64,000 nt of DNA. Source: an uncultured Gemmatimonadaceae bacterium. GTDB taxonomy: Bacteria > Gemmatimonadota > Gemmatimonadetes > Gemmatimonadales > Gemmatimonadaceae. Where the stretch lies: the NCBI GenBank assembly GCA_963716745.1, contig OY970320.1, positions 2,912,001 to 2,976,000 on the forward strand. The letters run 5' to 3'. Numbering within the stretch: the first letter of the stretch is position 1; every line of letters begins with the position of its first letter. A program made the position numbers and the translations under genes. The notes beneath the pieces were generated by a model. That model did not search any database and had not been told where the DNA came from. It saw only the letters and a program-made list of their open reading frames with translations. Positions 10,335 to 21,695 of the stretch are shown here, piece by piece.

Positions 10335-11617
10335 GACGCGGCGCTGGATCGAGCGCGGCTGGCGCGCGCTGGCGCTCGCGCTGCTCGCGTGGGCACTGGT
10401 GATCGCGTTCCGCGCGCCGGCGCGCACGGCCGTGCGCGATCCCGGGCGATGCGCTTCCGGCGGAGTTGCCGCGGCTCTCGCGCTCGGCAGAACCTGCGTG
10501 GGTCGAAGTGTCATTCCTCGCTGCGCCGACGCCGGATTCGCGCGAGTGGCTTCGCGCCCTCGCACGTTCTGGCAGCCGCGTGACGTGGCGGGCGGCCGCG
10601 CCGCTCGCACCGCTCGCGATCGAACTATCGCCACGCGCCGATCCTGCCGGCGGCATGCGCGCATTCATTGCCGCACGGCGTGGCGACACGATGACGGTGT
10701 CGGACCGCGCGGGCCTCCTCGATTCGATCACCGGTGCGTCGCCCGCGACGACGCTCACTCTCCCGGCGCTGGTGCCGCTGTTCTCCGCGCGTGAAAGCGC
10801 GCAGGAAGCGCGCGCCGCGCTCCGCGATTCGCTCGCGCCCCGCCGCGTGCTCGTGCTGGGCGAGGCCGGATGGGAAGGGAAGTTCGTCCTCGCCGCGCTC
10901 GAGGAACGTGGCTGGCACGCGAGCGCGCGCTTCGCCGTCGCGCCCAACATCGCCGCCGCGCAAGGCGCCGTGAGTCCGCTCGACACCGCGCACTTCGCGG
11001 TGATCGTCGCCCTCGATTCCGCCTCGGCAGCGGCGAATTCGCGAACGATCACCGACTTCGTGCGCCAAGGCGGCGGCCTCATCCTCGCCGGCGACGCCGG
11101 CCGCGCGCCCGCAATGCTCGCGCTCGCGCCAGGAACCGTCGGCCCGCACCAACACGCCGCATCGCTGTCCTTCGCCGACAGCGCCCCGCGCCGCGCACTC
11201 GGCTTCTACGCCATCACGAATCTCAGGCCGGACGCGATCTCGCTCGAGAGCCGCGACAACAAACACGCCGTTGCCGCCCGCCGCGCCGGCCGCGGCCGCG
11301 TGCTCCAACTCGGCTACGACGATACGTGGCGCTGGCGCTTCGCCGGCGGCCGCACCGCCCCCGAAGCCGAGCGCACGTGGTGGAGCGCCATGGTTTCGAG
11401 CGTCTCCTACCGCGCCGCACTCCCACTCGCGGGGAGTGCGCAGTTGAACGCGAACTCCGCGCCGCTCACGTCGCTGTATTCGTCGTTGGGTTCACCGACA
11501 GCCGACAGCCGACAGCCCGTCTCTGTAGTTTTCGGTCTTCCCTGGTGGCTATTGAGCCTCATCGTGCTCTCCCTCCTCGCCGAGATCGCCTCCCGCCGTC
11601 TCAGAGGCGCCCCATGA
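10318..11617 (+). CDS. Membrane protein with glutamine-amidotransferase-like domain (frameshifted 5' part)
   Basis: N-terminal TM, RVLVLGEAGWEGKF, FVRQGGGLIL, GRGRV..DTWRWRF, C-terminal TM LLAEIASRR. Confidence 0.7.
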
Positions 11618-12546
11618 CCGTCGCGTTCATCTCGCATTCCGATTGCGGCCGCCACGACACCGGCTGGGGCGCGCCCGAGCACGTCGGCCGCCTGCGCGCG
11701 ATCACGAGCGCGATGAAGTTCGATCTCGCGCTCTTCGAGAACCTGCGCCACGTCGAAGGCCGTCACGCCACCCGCGAAGAACTCGCGCTCGCGCACGAGC
11801 CCGCGTACATCGATCTCGTTGAGGAAACGGCGCGCAACGGCGGCGGCCGCCTCGATGCCGACACCGTCGAGAGCGAAGGTTCGTGGGATGCGGCGACTGC
11901 CGGCGCCGGCTGCGTGCTCGACGGCGTGGATTTCGCCTTCGCCGATGTGCCCGAGCGCAGCTTCAGCGCCGTGCGGCCGCCCGGGCCATCATGCGCTCGC
12001 CGACACCGCGATGGGATTCTGTCTCTTCGGCAACGTCGCGATCGCCGCGCACTACGCGCGCAAGAAACATCATGCCGATCGCGTGCTCATCGTCGACTTC
12101 GACGTGCATCACGGCAACGGCACGCAGGCGCTCGTCGAGCAGCGAGCCCGGGATCCATTTCGTGTCAATGCACCAATGGCCCTGGTATCCCGGCAGCGGC
12201 GCCGCCACGGAGCGCGGCGATGGGAACCTGTGGAACGTGCCGATGCCGCCCGGCCTCGCTGCCGCAGCAGTACGTGGACGCGCTCGAGCGTGCGATCGAC
12301 GCGGCCACGGCCGGCTTCGCGCCCGATCTCATCCTCATCTCCGCCGGGTTCGACTCGCTCCGCGGCGATCCGCTCGGCGGCTTCACGCTCGAGCCCGAAC
12401 ACCTCGCCGGGGTCACACGCCGTCTCGTGGAGCGCGCCAAGGTCTCCGCGCGCGGCCGCGTGGTGAGCGCGCTCGAGGGCGGCTATTCGCTGCCACTGCT
12501 CGGACAAGGGGTGCTCGCGCACCTCCACGCGCTCGGCGAGTCTTGA
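11614..12546 (+). CDS. Histone deacetylase family protein (several frameshifts)
   Basis: PE..RL, RPPG(HH), [43 protein letters not shown] split across frames. Confidence 0.9.
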   Translation: MTVAFISHSDCGRHDTGWGAPEHVGRLRAITSAMKFDLALFENLRHVEGRHATREELALAHEPAYIDLVEETARNGGGRLDADTVESEGSWDAATAGAGCVLDGVDFAFADVPERSFSAVRPPGPSCARRHRDGILSLRQRRDRRALRAQETSCRSRAHRRLRRASRQRHAGARRAASPGSISCQCTNGPGIPAAAPPRSAAMGTCGTCRCRPASLPQQYVDALERAIDAATAGFAPDLILISAGFDSLRGDPLGGFTLEPEHLAGVTRRLVERAKVSARGRVVSALEGGYSLPLLGQGVLAHLHALGES

Positions 12547-12578
12547 ATCCTCCTCGCAACACACGGTAAGTTCCCTCT

Positions 12579-13390
12579 ATGCCAACGGGGCGGATCCCGC
12601 CGGTGCCGGCTGTGCTGCGGCTGGTGCAGCGCGCGGTGCTGCACCGCTGGCAGGCCACAGCCGAGGACCTGTATCGCGAGGTCGCCGCGCTCGTCGAGGC
12701 GGTGCCGCGCATGGAGATCGTCGTCTCCGGGTGCGGCGAAGGGGAAACGTCGCAATGGCTCGCGGAGCACACGGGTGCGGCGGTGACCGGAGTGGACCCG
12801 GACGCCGGCCGGATCGCGGTGGCGGAAGCGCGGTCGCGCGAGCCGGAAGCGAAGGCGCGGGTGCACTACGAGCACGCGCCGCTGGACGATCTGCCGCACG
12901 AGACGGGCGTGTTCGACGTCGCGATCGGCGACGCGGCGCTCTCGGCGAGCGCCGATCCGGAGCGGGCGGTGGCGGAGCTGGTGCGGGTCGTGAAGCCAAT
13001 GGGGATCGTGGTGCTGCTGCAACCGACTTGGACGAGTGAGATCGCTCGCGAGACGCGCGAGGCGATCGTCGACCGTCTGGGATTGCGGCCGCACCTCCTC
13101 GTGGAGTGGAAGCAGATGATGCGCGATGCCGGCCTGGTGGAACTGCAGGTGCAGGATTGGACCGACGGCGCACCCGGCGGCCGCGCGAGCGCGCCCGGTG
13201 CACCGCATCCGCATCTCACCGTGCGCCAGAAGATGCACATCGTCGGCCGCGCCTGGCGGCGCTGGGGCTGGCGCGAGGCGCGCGGCGCCGTGGAGCGCGA
13301 GACATCGCTCATCCGCGAGCTATCGCGCCAGCGGGCGCTCGGCTTCCAGCTCATGCGCGGCGTGAAGTGGCCGCACGAGAGGGCCGGCTG

Positions 13391-13391
<1 letters not shown>
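12579..13391 (+). CDS. Class I SAM-dependent methyltransferase-like protein
   Basis: VSGCGEG, VTGVD, LPHETGVFDV, ELVRVVKPMG motifs. Confidence 0.85.
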
Positions 13392-14394
<1,003 letters not shown>

Positions 14395-14398
<4 letters not shown>

Positions 14399-15414
14399 AG
14401 ATCAGCCACGAACTCGTCACTCTGCGCACGAAGCACGAATTCACGATCGCGCGCGGCGGCTCGAGCGAATTCCGCGTGGTGCTCGTCACCGTGACGGACA
14501 AGGACGGCGCCTTCGGCGTGGGTGAGGCGGATCCGAGCCGCTTCTACGGCGAATACGCCGACACCGTGCCGGTGGCGCTCGCGCAGTTCGCGCCGATCCT
14601 CGAGAGAGCCGATGGCTGGTCGCTCGAGGGGATCGAGGCGGACATGAATGCCAAGATGCGCGGGAACGGCGCGGCGAAGAGCGCGGTGATGGCGGCGCTC
14701 TACGATCTCATGGGCAAACGTCTCGGGCAGCCGCTGTACAAGCTCTTCGGCCTCGATCCCGCGAAGGCGCCCGGCTCGAGCTTCACGATCGGCTTCGCGC
14801 CCGAAGAGGAGATGCGTCTCAAGCTGCGCGAGGCGAAGGATTATCCCATCCTGAAAGTGAAGCTCGGCACCGATCACGATGAGGACGTCATCCGCATCAT
14901 CCGCGAAGAAGCGCCCGACAAGACGCTCTACGTGGACGCGAATTGCGCGTGGACGCCCAAGCAGGCGCTGAACAGCATCGAGATGCTCGTGGGCTACGAC
15001 GTGGAGATCGTCGAGCAGCCGCTGCCGCCCACCGATCCCGAAGGGCTGCGCTTCGTGCGCGACCGTTCACCGCTGCCGATCATCGCCGATGAATCGTGCC
15101 TCGTGGCGAGCGACATCCCGAAGCTCGCGGGCGTCGTGGACGGCATCAACATCAAGCTCGCGAAGTGCGGCGGACCACGTGAAGCGATCAAGATGGCCGC
15201 GACCGCGCGCGCGCACGGCATGCTCGTGATGATGGGCTGCATGATCGAGACGAGCGTCGGCATTACGACGGCCGCGCATCTCGCGCCGCTGCTCGATTAC
15301 GCCGACCTCGACGGTGCCGCGCTCGTGGCCAACGATCCGTACCGAGGCGCGACGATCGACCGCGGCGTGATCACGATCCCCACCGCACCGGGGCTCGGCG
15401 TCACGAGAGCATGA
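14395..15414 (+). CDS. L-Ala-D/L-Glu dipeptide epimerase (enolase superfamily)
   Basis: FTIARG, KVKLG, VDAN, EQP, ADES, NIKLAKCGG, DLD motifs. Confidence 0.92.
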
Positions 15415-17681
15415 GCGGCAAGCGGTACCTCGAGGTCGCGCTCCCGCTCCCGCTGTTCCAGACCTTCACGTATTCGGTCCCCGACGGCGCGGCGCTCCCC
15501 GCGCCCGGGATGCGCGTGCTCGTGCCCGTGCGCGGGCGGCGCGCGATCGGCATCGTGCTCGGACCGGCGACGGGCGAGGGGATCAAGAACGTAAAGGACA
15601 TCCTCGACGCGCCTGACGCCGAGGCGAGCGTTCCCGCGGAGTTGCTCGCGCTCGCGCGCTGGATCGCGGACTACTTCGTGGCGCCGGTGGGGCTCGTACT
15701 GCGCGCGATGCTGCCGTCGGCGCTCACCGGCTCGCGGGTGCCGCGGCCGGCGCCGCGCACGCAGCGCATCGCGCGCCTCAGCGTGGAACTTCCATCGCTC
15801 GAGGAGCGCGACCGCGTCTTCGCGCGCGCGGCGCGGCAGCGTGCGCTCTATGAAGCGCTCGAATCGCTCGGCGGCGCGAGCGACACCGTGCATCTCACCA
15901 CGCAACTCGGCTTCGCGCCGGCGGTGATCCGCGCGCTCGCGGAGCGCGGGCTGATCGCGCTCTCGGAGAGCGAGGTGGTGCGCGACCCGTTCCTCGCGCG
16001 CGCGATTCCTCCGGCGGCGGCGCACGTACCGACGCCCGCACAGCGCGATGCGCTCGCGGCACTCGTCGCGGCCAAGCCGGGCGCCCCGTTCCTTCTGCGC
16101 GGCATCACCGGCAGCGGCAAGACGCTCGTTTACATCGAGTTCCTGCGGGAGATCGTCGAGCGGCGCGGCAAGAGCGCGATCGTGCTCGTGCCGGAGATCG
16201 CCCTCACGCCGCAGGCGGTGGACCGCTTTCGCGCGGCTTTCGGCGAACGCATCGCGGTGCTGCACTCCGGGCTCTCCGATGGCGAGCGCTACGACGCCTG
16301 GCGCGCGCTGCGCAACGGCACGAAGACGATCGCCGTCGGCGCGCGCTCGGCGATCTTCGCGCCGCTCGCGAACCTCGGCGCGATCATCGTGGACGAAGAA
16401 CACGAGGGCAGTTACAAGAACGGCGAGACGCCGCGCTATCACGCGCGCGAGGTCGCGCTCGTGCGCGCACGCGACGAGGGCGCGGTGGTGGTGCTCGGCT
16501 CGGCCACGCCGAGTCTGGAGAGCTGGCAGAATGCGCAGGCGGGGAAGTACACACTGCTCACGCTCCCCGATCGCGTGGCGGATGCGAAGCTGCCGGCGGT
16601 GGAAGTAGTGGACATGCGTGCGCCGGCGCGCCCGGCCGCGCAGGGTCCGCGCGCGGCGGTGATCGATCCCTTCCGCCGCGTGTTCAGCGAGCCACTCGAA
16701 GCGGCGCTCGGCGAGCGGCTGCAACGCGGCGAGCAGAGCATCCTGCTGCTGAATCGGCGCGGCTTCGCCGCGTTCGTGCAGTGCGATGCCTGCGGCGATG
16801 TCGTCGTCTGTCCCAATTGTTCGATCACGCTCACGTACCACAAGAATCCCGAGCGACTCGTGTGCCATTACTGCCGCCACGAGCAGGCGCTGAGCGAGAA
16901 GTGCGCGCGCTGCGGCGGCACCACGGTTCGCCAGCGCGGACTCGGTACGCAGCAGGCGGAGAAGCTGCTCGCCGAGCGGTATCCGTACGCGCGCATCGCG
17001 CGCATGGACGTGGACACGACGAGCGGCAAATGGGCGCACGCCGAGATCCTCGACCGCGTGGGGCGCGGCGAGGTGGACGTGTTGCTGGGCACGCAGATGA
17101 TCGCGAAGGGGCTCGATTTCCCGAACGTGACGTTGGTCGGTGTGATCGATGCCGATGTCGGGATCAACCTGCCCGATTTCCGCGCGAGCGAACGCAGCTT
17201 CCAGTTGTTGAGCCAGGTGGCGGGCCGCGCCGGCCGCGGCGCGAAGGGCGGGGAAGTGATCATCCAGACGCGCGTGCCTTCGCATCACGCCGTGCGCGCC
17301 GCGGTGACGCACGATTACCTCACGTTCGTTCGCGAAGAACTCTCGGGGCGGAAGGATCCCGTGTATCCGCCCTACACGCGCCTCGCGAACGTGATCGTGA
17401 GCGGCGAGGAGGAGGAACCGGTCGCGCGACTCACGATCGCGGCGGCCGCGTGGCTGCGGCGGCTGATCGCCGAGCAGAAAGTGGAAGGCGTGACGGTGGT
17501 CGGACCCGCGCCGTGCCCGGTGGAGCGAGTGAAGCGGCGGTGGCGGTGGCATTTGCTGCTCAAAGCCGAGAACCCGGCTTCACTGACGAAGGTCGCTCGC
17601 TATTTCCTTGAGAGGTTCGACGTTCCGGCGCGAGGGGAAATGAGAGTGAGCGTGGATCGGGATCCGGTGGCACTGCTCTAA
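15411..17681 (+). CDS. priA: Primosomal protein N' (helicase)
   Basis: GITGSGKT, LVPEIALTPQ, DEEHE, SATPSLES, four CxxC pairs, GTQMIAKGLDFP, QVAGRAGR. Confidence 0.97.
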   Translation: MSGKRYLEVALPLPLFQTFTYSVPDGAALPAPGMRVLVPVRGRRAIGIVLGPATGEGIKNVKDILDAPDAEASVPAELLALARWIADYFVAPVGLVLRAMLPSALTGSRVPRPAPRTQRIARLSVELPSLEERDRVFARAARQRALYEALESLGGASDTVHLTTQLGFAPAVIRALAERGLIALSESEVVRDPFLARAIPPAAAHVPTPAQRDALAALVAAKPGAPFLLRGITGSGKTLVYIEFLREIVERRGKSAIVLVPEIALTPQAVDRFRAAFGERIAVLHSGLSDGERYDAWRALRNGTKTIAVGARSAIFAPLANLGAIIVDEEHEGSYKNGETPRYHAREVALVRARDEGAVVVLGSATPSLESWQNAQAGKYTLLTLPDRVADAKLPAVEVVDMRAPARPAAQGPRAAVIDPFRRVFSEPLEAALGERLQRGEQSILLLNRRGFAAFVQCDACGDVVVCPNCSITLTYHKNPERLVCHYCRHEQALSEKCARCGGTTVRQRGLGTQQAEKLLAERYPYARIARMDVDTTSGKWAHAEILDRVGRGEVDVLLGTQMIAKGLDFPNVTLVGVIDADVGINLPDFRASERSFQLLSQVAGRAGRGAKGGEVIIQTRVPSHHAVRAAVTHDYLTFVREELSGRKDPVYPPYTRLANVIVSGEEEEPVARLTIAAAAWLRRLIAEQKVEGVTVVGPAPCPVERVKRRWRWHLLLKAENPASLTKVARYFLERFDVPARGEMRVSVDRDPVALL

Positions 17682-17794
17682 CGACGCGGGACTCGGGACT
17701 CGGGACTCGCCGCGGGATGCGAGAGGTGCGCGAGGCACCATCGCGCCGTTCACGAATCCCGCGGCGAGTCCCGAGCCCCGAGTCCCGCGTCGTT
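17680..17794. repeat. Foldback element with GGGACTC heptamer arms (family B)
   Basis: 39-bp arms 17680-17718 / 17756-17794 with one mismatch; begins AACGAC, ends GTCGTT; spans from the priA stop to the GMC stop. Confidence 0.92.
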
Positions 17795-19476
17795 CAGATC
17801 TCCGATCTCTTCGCGAACCCCGCGATCTTGGAAGCCGCCCGGAACGCCAACGCCTGGATCGTCATGGTCGGTTGTCCCCGTCCCGACGTCACGAAGCTCG
17901 AGCCGTCGACGATGAACAGGTTGGGCACATCGTGCGTGCGATGATTCGCATCGATCACGGATGTTCCCGGATCGTTCCCCATGCGGCACGTGCCGAGGAG
18001 ATGCGGGCCGCCGTATCCGGCTTCGAAGGGGGCGGGCTGGATCTCACTGCCGCCCGAGGCGACGAGCAGTTCCTTGGCGCGCTCCAGGAACCACGCGTTC
18101 ACCGCCACGTCGTTCGGGTGCAGCGTGAACGTGAGGCGCGGCGCCGGCAGTCCCCACGCGTCCTTCACGTCGGGATCGAGATCGATCCGGTTCGTCGCGA
18201 CCGGGAGTTGCGTCGAGTGGCCGTAGGCGAAGATCCGGCGCGACAGCGTCTCGCGCACGCGTTGCTTCCAGCCCGCGCCCCATCCCGGCGTCAGGATCCC
18301 CGCGAACATCGGCGTCATCATGCCGCGCATGTCGAAGCCGCCGCCGCCGTACAATCCCGTGCTCGCGGGGAGCACCACCTGGTCCCACGCGACGCGCGAC
18401 ACCACCACGCCCTTCCACGAATTGATGTCGTGCTCGAATGCCGCGTTCGCGAGCCCGCCGCCGTTGAACGTGATGTTCCGCCCGACCATTCCGCTGGAAT
18501 TCGCGAGGCCCTCGGCGTGCGCGCCCGTCGCGGACATGAAGAGCAGCTTTGGCGTCTCGACGCCGTTCGCCGAGAGCACCACCGCTTTCGCCTTCTGGAA
18601 GACCTCGTTCTTCTTCGCGTCGAAATACGTGACGCCGGTGACGCGGCCGTTCGCGCCCATCTCGATCTTGCGCACGTAGCTCAGCGGCCGGATCTCGCAG
18701 CGGCCCGTCGCGAGCGCGCCGGGGATCATCGACACGAGCGAACTCGACTTCGCGTTCACTTCGCAGCCGGCGCCGATGCACATGCCGCACGCGATGCAGC
18801 CGGGGCGTCCGCGGTACGGCTTCGAGAGGATCGCCATGGGCGCGGGCCACGGGTGCCAGCCGAGCTTCTTCGCGCCGCGCTCCATGATCACGCCTTCCGA
18901 TTTGATCGGCAGCGGCGGCAACGGGTAGCCTTTCTGGCGCGGCGGCTCGAACGGATTCCCGGCGAGTCCGGAAACGCCCACCTCCCACTCGACCTTCGTG
19001 TAGTACGGCTCGAGGTCGGCATACGAGATCGGCCAGTCGGCGATGCTCGATCCGTCGGGCACGCCGAGTTTGCTCGCCTGGTTGAACTCGATCTCGGGGA
19101 AGCGCCAGTAGTTCGCGGTGAAGTGCACCGAGCCGCCGCCCACGACGCGTCCGTACTGGATCAGGCCGCCCGCCTTCTTGGCGGTCTCGCTTTCGTTCGC
19201 GCGCGACGTGACCGGCTGCACCGCGGGGTTGTTCGTCAGCCCGAACTGATTCTGCAGCCAGATATCATCGTGCTTGAAATCGGCGGCCGTGAGCCACGGT
19301 CCCTGCTCGAGCACGACGACGGAGAACCCGGCGCGCGAGAGTTCGCGCGCCATCACGCCGCCCGCCGCGCCCGATCCGACGATGACGAAATCGACTTCGG
19401 TGCCCGGCGCGTAGTGCTTCATCTTCGGGAGCGGCGCGTGCGCGGCGCCCTGGTGGCCGTGCATGTGATCAGCCAC
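17794..19476 (-). CDS. GMC family flavoprotein oxidoreductase (gluconate 2-dehydrogenase large subunit-like)
   Basis: VGSGAAGG FAD motif, GRVVGGGSVH, CxxCxxCxxxC, HLLGTCRMG, PTMTIQAL. Confidence 0.93.
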   Translation of the reverse strand: MADHMHGHQGAAHAPLPKMKHYAPGTEVDFVIVGSGAAGGVMARELSRAGFSVVVLEQGPWLTAADFKHDDIWLQNQFGLTNNPAVQPVTSRANESETAKKAGGLIQYGRVVGGGSVHFTANYWRFPEIEFNQASKLGVPDGSSIADWPISYADLEPYYTKVEWEVGVSGLAGNPFEPPRQKGYPLPPLPIKSEGVIMERGAKKLGWHPWPAPMAILSKPYRGRPGCIACGMCIGAGCEVNAKSSSLVSMIPGALATGRCEIRPLSYVRKIEMGANGRVTGVTYFDAKKNEVFQKAKAVVLSANGVETPKLLFMSATGAHAEGLANSSGMVGRNITFNGGGLANAAFEHDINSWKGVVVSRVAWDQVVLPASTGLYGGGGFDMRGMMTPMFAGILTPGWGAGWKQRVRETLSRRIFAYGHSTQLPVATNRIDLDPDVKDAWGLPAPRLTFTLHPNDVAVNAWFLERAKELLVASGGSEIQPAPFEAGYGGPHLLGTCRMGNDPGTSVIDANHRTHDVPNLFIVDGSSFVTSGRGQPTMTIQALAFRAASKIAGFAKRSEI

Positions 19477-20026
19477 GGTCGTAGTACCCGAATGGTGGCG
19501 TCCAGATGAAGCGGTCCTCGAAGCCGATCATCTTCCAGCCCGACTTGTCGTGATTCCCGCCGTAGGACGGGTTCGAGAACAGCCCCGAGATCGTGGTGAA
19601 GCGGATCCAATTGAAATGCTGCGGATCGGACTGCTCGAACTGCTGGAGCACCGCGATCCGGTCGAGTTCATCCAGCGCCGCGAACGACGCGGCATCCGGC
19701 GCGTAGTCCTTCGTCTCATCGGCGATCGCTATCATCACCTCATCGAAATGCTTGCGATCGTCCTTCATGAACGTCGCGAGCGAGCGGTCGATGAATCGCA
19801 CGACGTGCGCCTCACGCGCGCCCGGCAATTCGTCGGTCGGCACGAGCGTCGCGGTGACAGCGTCCAGCACGGCGACTTCCTGCGGCGTCAGCACGAGCCA
19901 CGGATCGGAAGGCGCGGACGTGCCCGCGAACGCACTCGCGGCCTGCAGCTCGGTGGCGTGCGCCGCCAGCCAGGCGCTCGCCGTGCCGGCCGCTACTGCT
20001 GCGAGGAAACCTCGTCGGGATGTCAT
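19469..20026 (-). CDS. Gluconate 2-dehydrogenase subunit 3 family protein, Tat-exported
   Basis: SRRGFL twin-arginine signal, PGAREA..FID, PSYGGN..GWKMIGF. Confidence 0.9.
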   Translation of the reverse strand: MTSRRGFLAAVAAGTASAWLAAHATELQAASAFAGTSAPSDPWLVLTPQEVAVLDAVTATLVPTDELPGAREAHVVRFIDRSLATFMKDDRKHFDEVMIAIADETKDYAPDAASFAALDELDRIAVLQQFEQSDPQHFNWIRFTTISGLFSNPSYGGNHDKSGWKMIGFEDRFIWTPPFGYYDRG

Positions 20027-20068
20027 GGGGCAATATGCTACCGCTCGCCATGAGAGGCGGGAAGGGCG

Positions 20069-20182
20069 GACTACGCGGGAAGCGGGAAGCGGGAATCGCC
20101 GCGGGATGCGTGAACTGCGCGAGAGCCCAACGCGCCTTTCTCACCTCCCGCGGCGCTTCCCGCTTCCGCTTCCCGCGCCGTT
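20069..20182. repeat. Foldback element of family B with GGGAAGC heptamer arms
   Basis: ACGCGGGAAGCGGGAAGCGGGAATCGCCGCGGGA...TCCCGCGGCGCTTCCCGCTTCCGCTTCCCGCG; homologous to 17680-17794. Confidence 0.85.
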
Positions 20183-20214
20183 CCGGAGCCATCACCGCGC
20201 GAGTAGCTTTAAGG

Positions 20215-21309
20215 ATGTCCTTCGCTCACCCCGACTTCACCACCAAGCAGTTCAGCACCAGCCCCGACGCCAAGTTCGTACCCGCTCCCTCCGACGGCGT
20301 CCTGCCCGATCGATTCTTCTCCACCACCAATCTCCCCACGTACGTTCGCGTGAAAGGCAAATGGCGCATGCCACGCGAGCCGCGCATGGACGCGTCGCTC
20401 GTGCTCGCGCCCGATGGCGAGATCTGGGTGCGCGAGATGCGCCGCGTGAAGAAGGGCGATCAGGTGGCGGTCGGCGCCGCCGAAGATGGCTCCGAGGGGA
20501 TCTTCGTGCACTCGAGCGCGTTCCTCGGCGAGGCCGCCGGCGGCGAGTTCAAGTTCATGACGAGCGAGGTGTCGCGCGAGAAGCCCATCGACTACTCGCA
20601 AATGGCGCGCCTCCTCATCGATGAACGCGCACGCGGCGGATATCCCATCTGGGTGTGCGGCCCGGCGCTCGTGCATTCGCGCGCGCGCGCGGACATGACC
20701 TGGTTCATCGCCAACGGATTCGTCGGTGCACTGCTGGCGGGCAACGCGGTGGGCGTGCACGACATCGAAGCGTCCATCTTCTCGACGACCCTCGGCATGA
20801 CCTCGGGCGGCGAGGCCACCAGCGGCGGGCACGGACTCCACATGCGCGCGATCAACCAAGTGCGCGCCGCCGGTTCCATCGAGGAAGCGGTGAAGCGCGG
20901 CATCGTGAAGGATGGGATCATGCACGCGTGCGTGACGCATCATGTTCCGTACGTGCTCGCCGGCTCGATCCGCGACGATGGGCCGCTCCCGGGTGTATAC
21001 GCCGACATGAACGCCGCGCAGGACGCGATGAAAGCGCACACGGTGAGAGCCACAATGGCGATCCTCGTCGCCACCGCGCTCCATGCGATCGCCACCGGCA
21101 ACATGCTGCCCGCGTTCGTCACCGAGTCCGATGGCTCGCTGCGCGAACTCACCACGATCTGCGTGGATTCCTCCGAGTTCGTCGTGAGCAAGCTCAAGGA
21201 CCGCGGCACGCACCAGGCGTTCGGCGTCGTCACCAATGCGCAGGACTTCATGCACATCCTGCGTCTGTACGTCGAGCGCGAACTCGGCGCCGCGGGTGCG
21301 CCCAAGTGA
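20215..21309 (+). CDS. TIGR00300 family / LOR-SDH conserved-domain protein (ornithine cyclodeaminase-like)
   Basis: DGVLPDRFFSTTN, FKFMTSEVSREK, AGNAVGVHDIE, LAGSIRDDGPLP, HAIATGNMLP, KLKDRGT. Confidence 0.9.
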   Translation: MSFAHPDFTTKQFSTSPDAKFVPAPSDGVLPDRFFSTTNLPTYVRVKGKWRMPREPRMDASLVLAPDGEIWVREMRRVKKGDQVAVGAAEDGSEGIFVHSSAFLGEAAGGEFKFMTSEVSREKPIDYSQMARLLIDERARGGYPIWVCGPALVHSRARADMTWFIANGFVGALLAGNAVGVHDIEASIFSTTLGMTSGGEATSGGHGLHMRAINQVRAAGSIEEAVKRGIVKDGIMHACVTHHVPYVLAGSIRDDGPLPGVYADMNAAQDAMKAHTVRATMAILVATALHAIATGNMLPAFVTESDGSLRELTTICVDSSEFVVSKLKDRGTHQAFGVVTNAQDFMHILRLYVERELGAAGAPK

Positions 21310-21695
21310 GCGCCGAGGGACGCGACCGTTTCCTGCGCGCCATTGCCGAACACCTGCCGGGCTCGCGCATCGACGAGATCCGTCTCTTCGCGCCGCTCAA
21401 GCAGGGCGGCGTCGAGAGCGGCGTCGCGGTGATCACGGTCGCGCTCGAGGGCGAGGCGGGCGCCAAGCCGCGCTACACCATTTACCGCGCGCAGTATCGC
21501 CTCACGCTCAAGGGTGCCGAGCGCGGCAAATGGGACATGTCGCTCACCGAGGATGCCGACGCCCCCGGCGGCACCGTGGACGACGTCGTGCGCGGCGTGC
21601 TGCGCCGCAGCGCCGACGAGTCGGAACCCGAGCGCCTCTCGGGCGAAGCGCTCCACGCCGCACTCCTGGACGACGCGTGGACCCGCGCGACCTGA
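21306..21695 (+). CDS. Hypothetical protein
   Basis: GTGA overlap with upstream stop; protein-like sequence in operon. Confidence 0.65.
   Translation: MSAEGRDRFLRAIAEHLPGSRIDEIRLFAPLKQGGVESGVAVITVALEGEAGAKPRYTIYRAQYRLTLKGAERGKWDMSLTEDADAPGGTVDDVVRGVLRRSADESEPERLSGEALHAALLDDAWTRAT

Noticed and set aside
15297..17552. Long antisense and alternative-frame ORFs (e.g. 751 aa opposite priA, 676 aa opposite nrdJ, 5' extensions at 31411 and 33921)
   Set aside because: Arg/Ala-rich shadow ORFs expected at ~70% GC; no motifs, and they overlap well-supported genes
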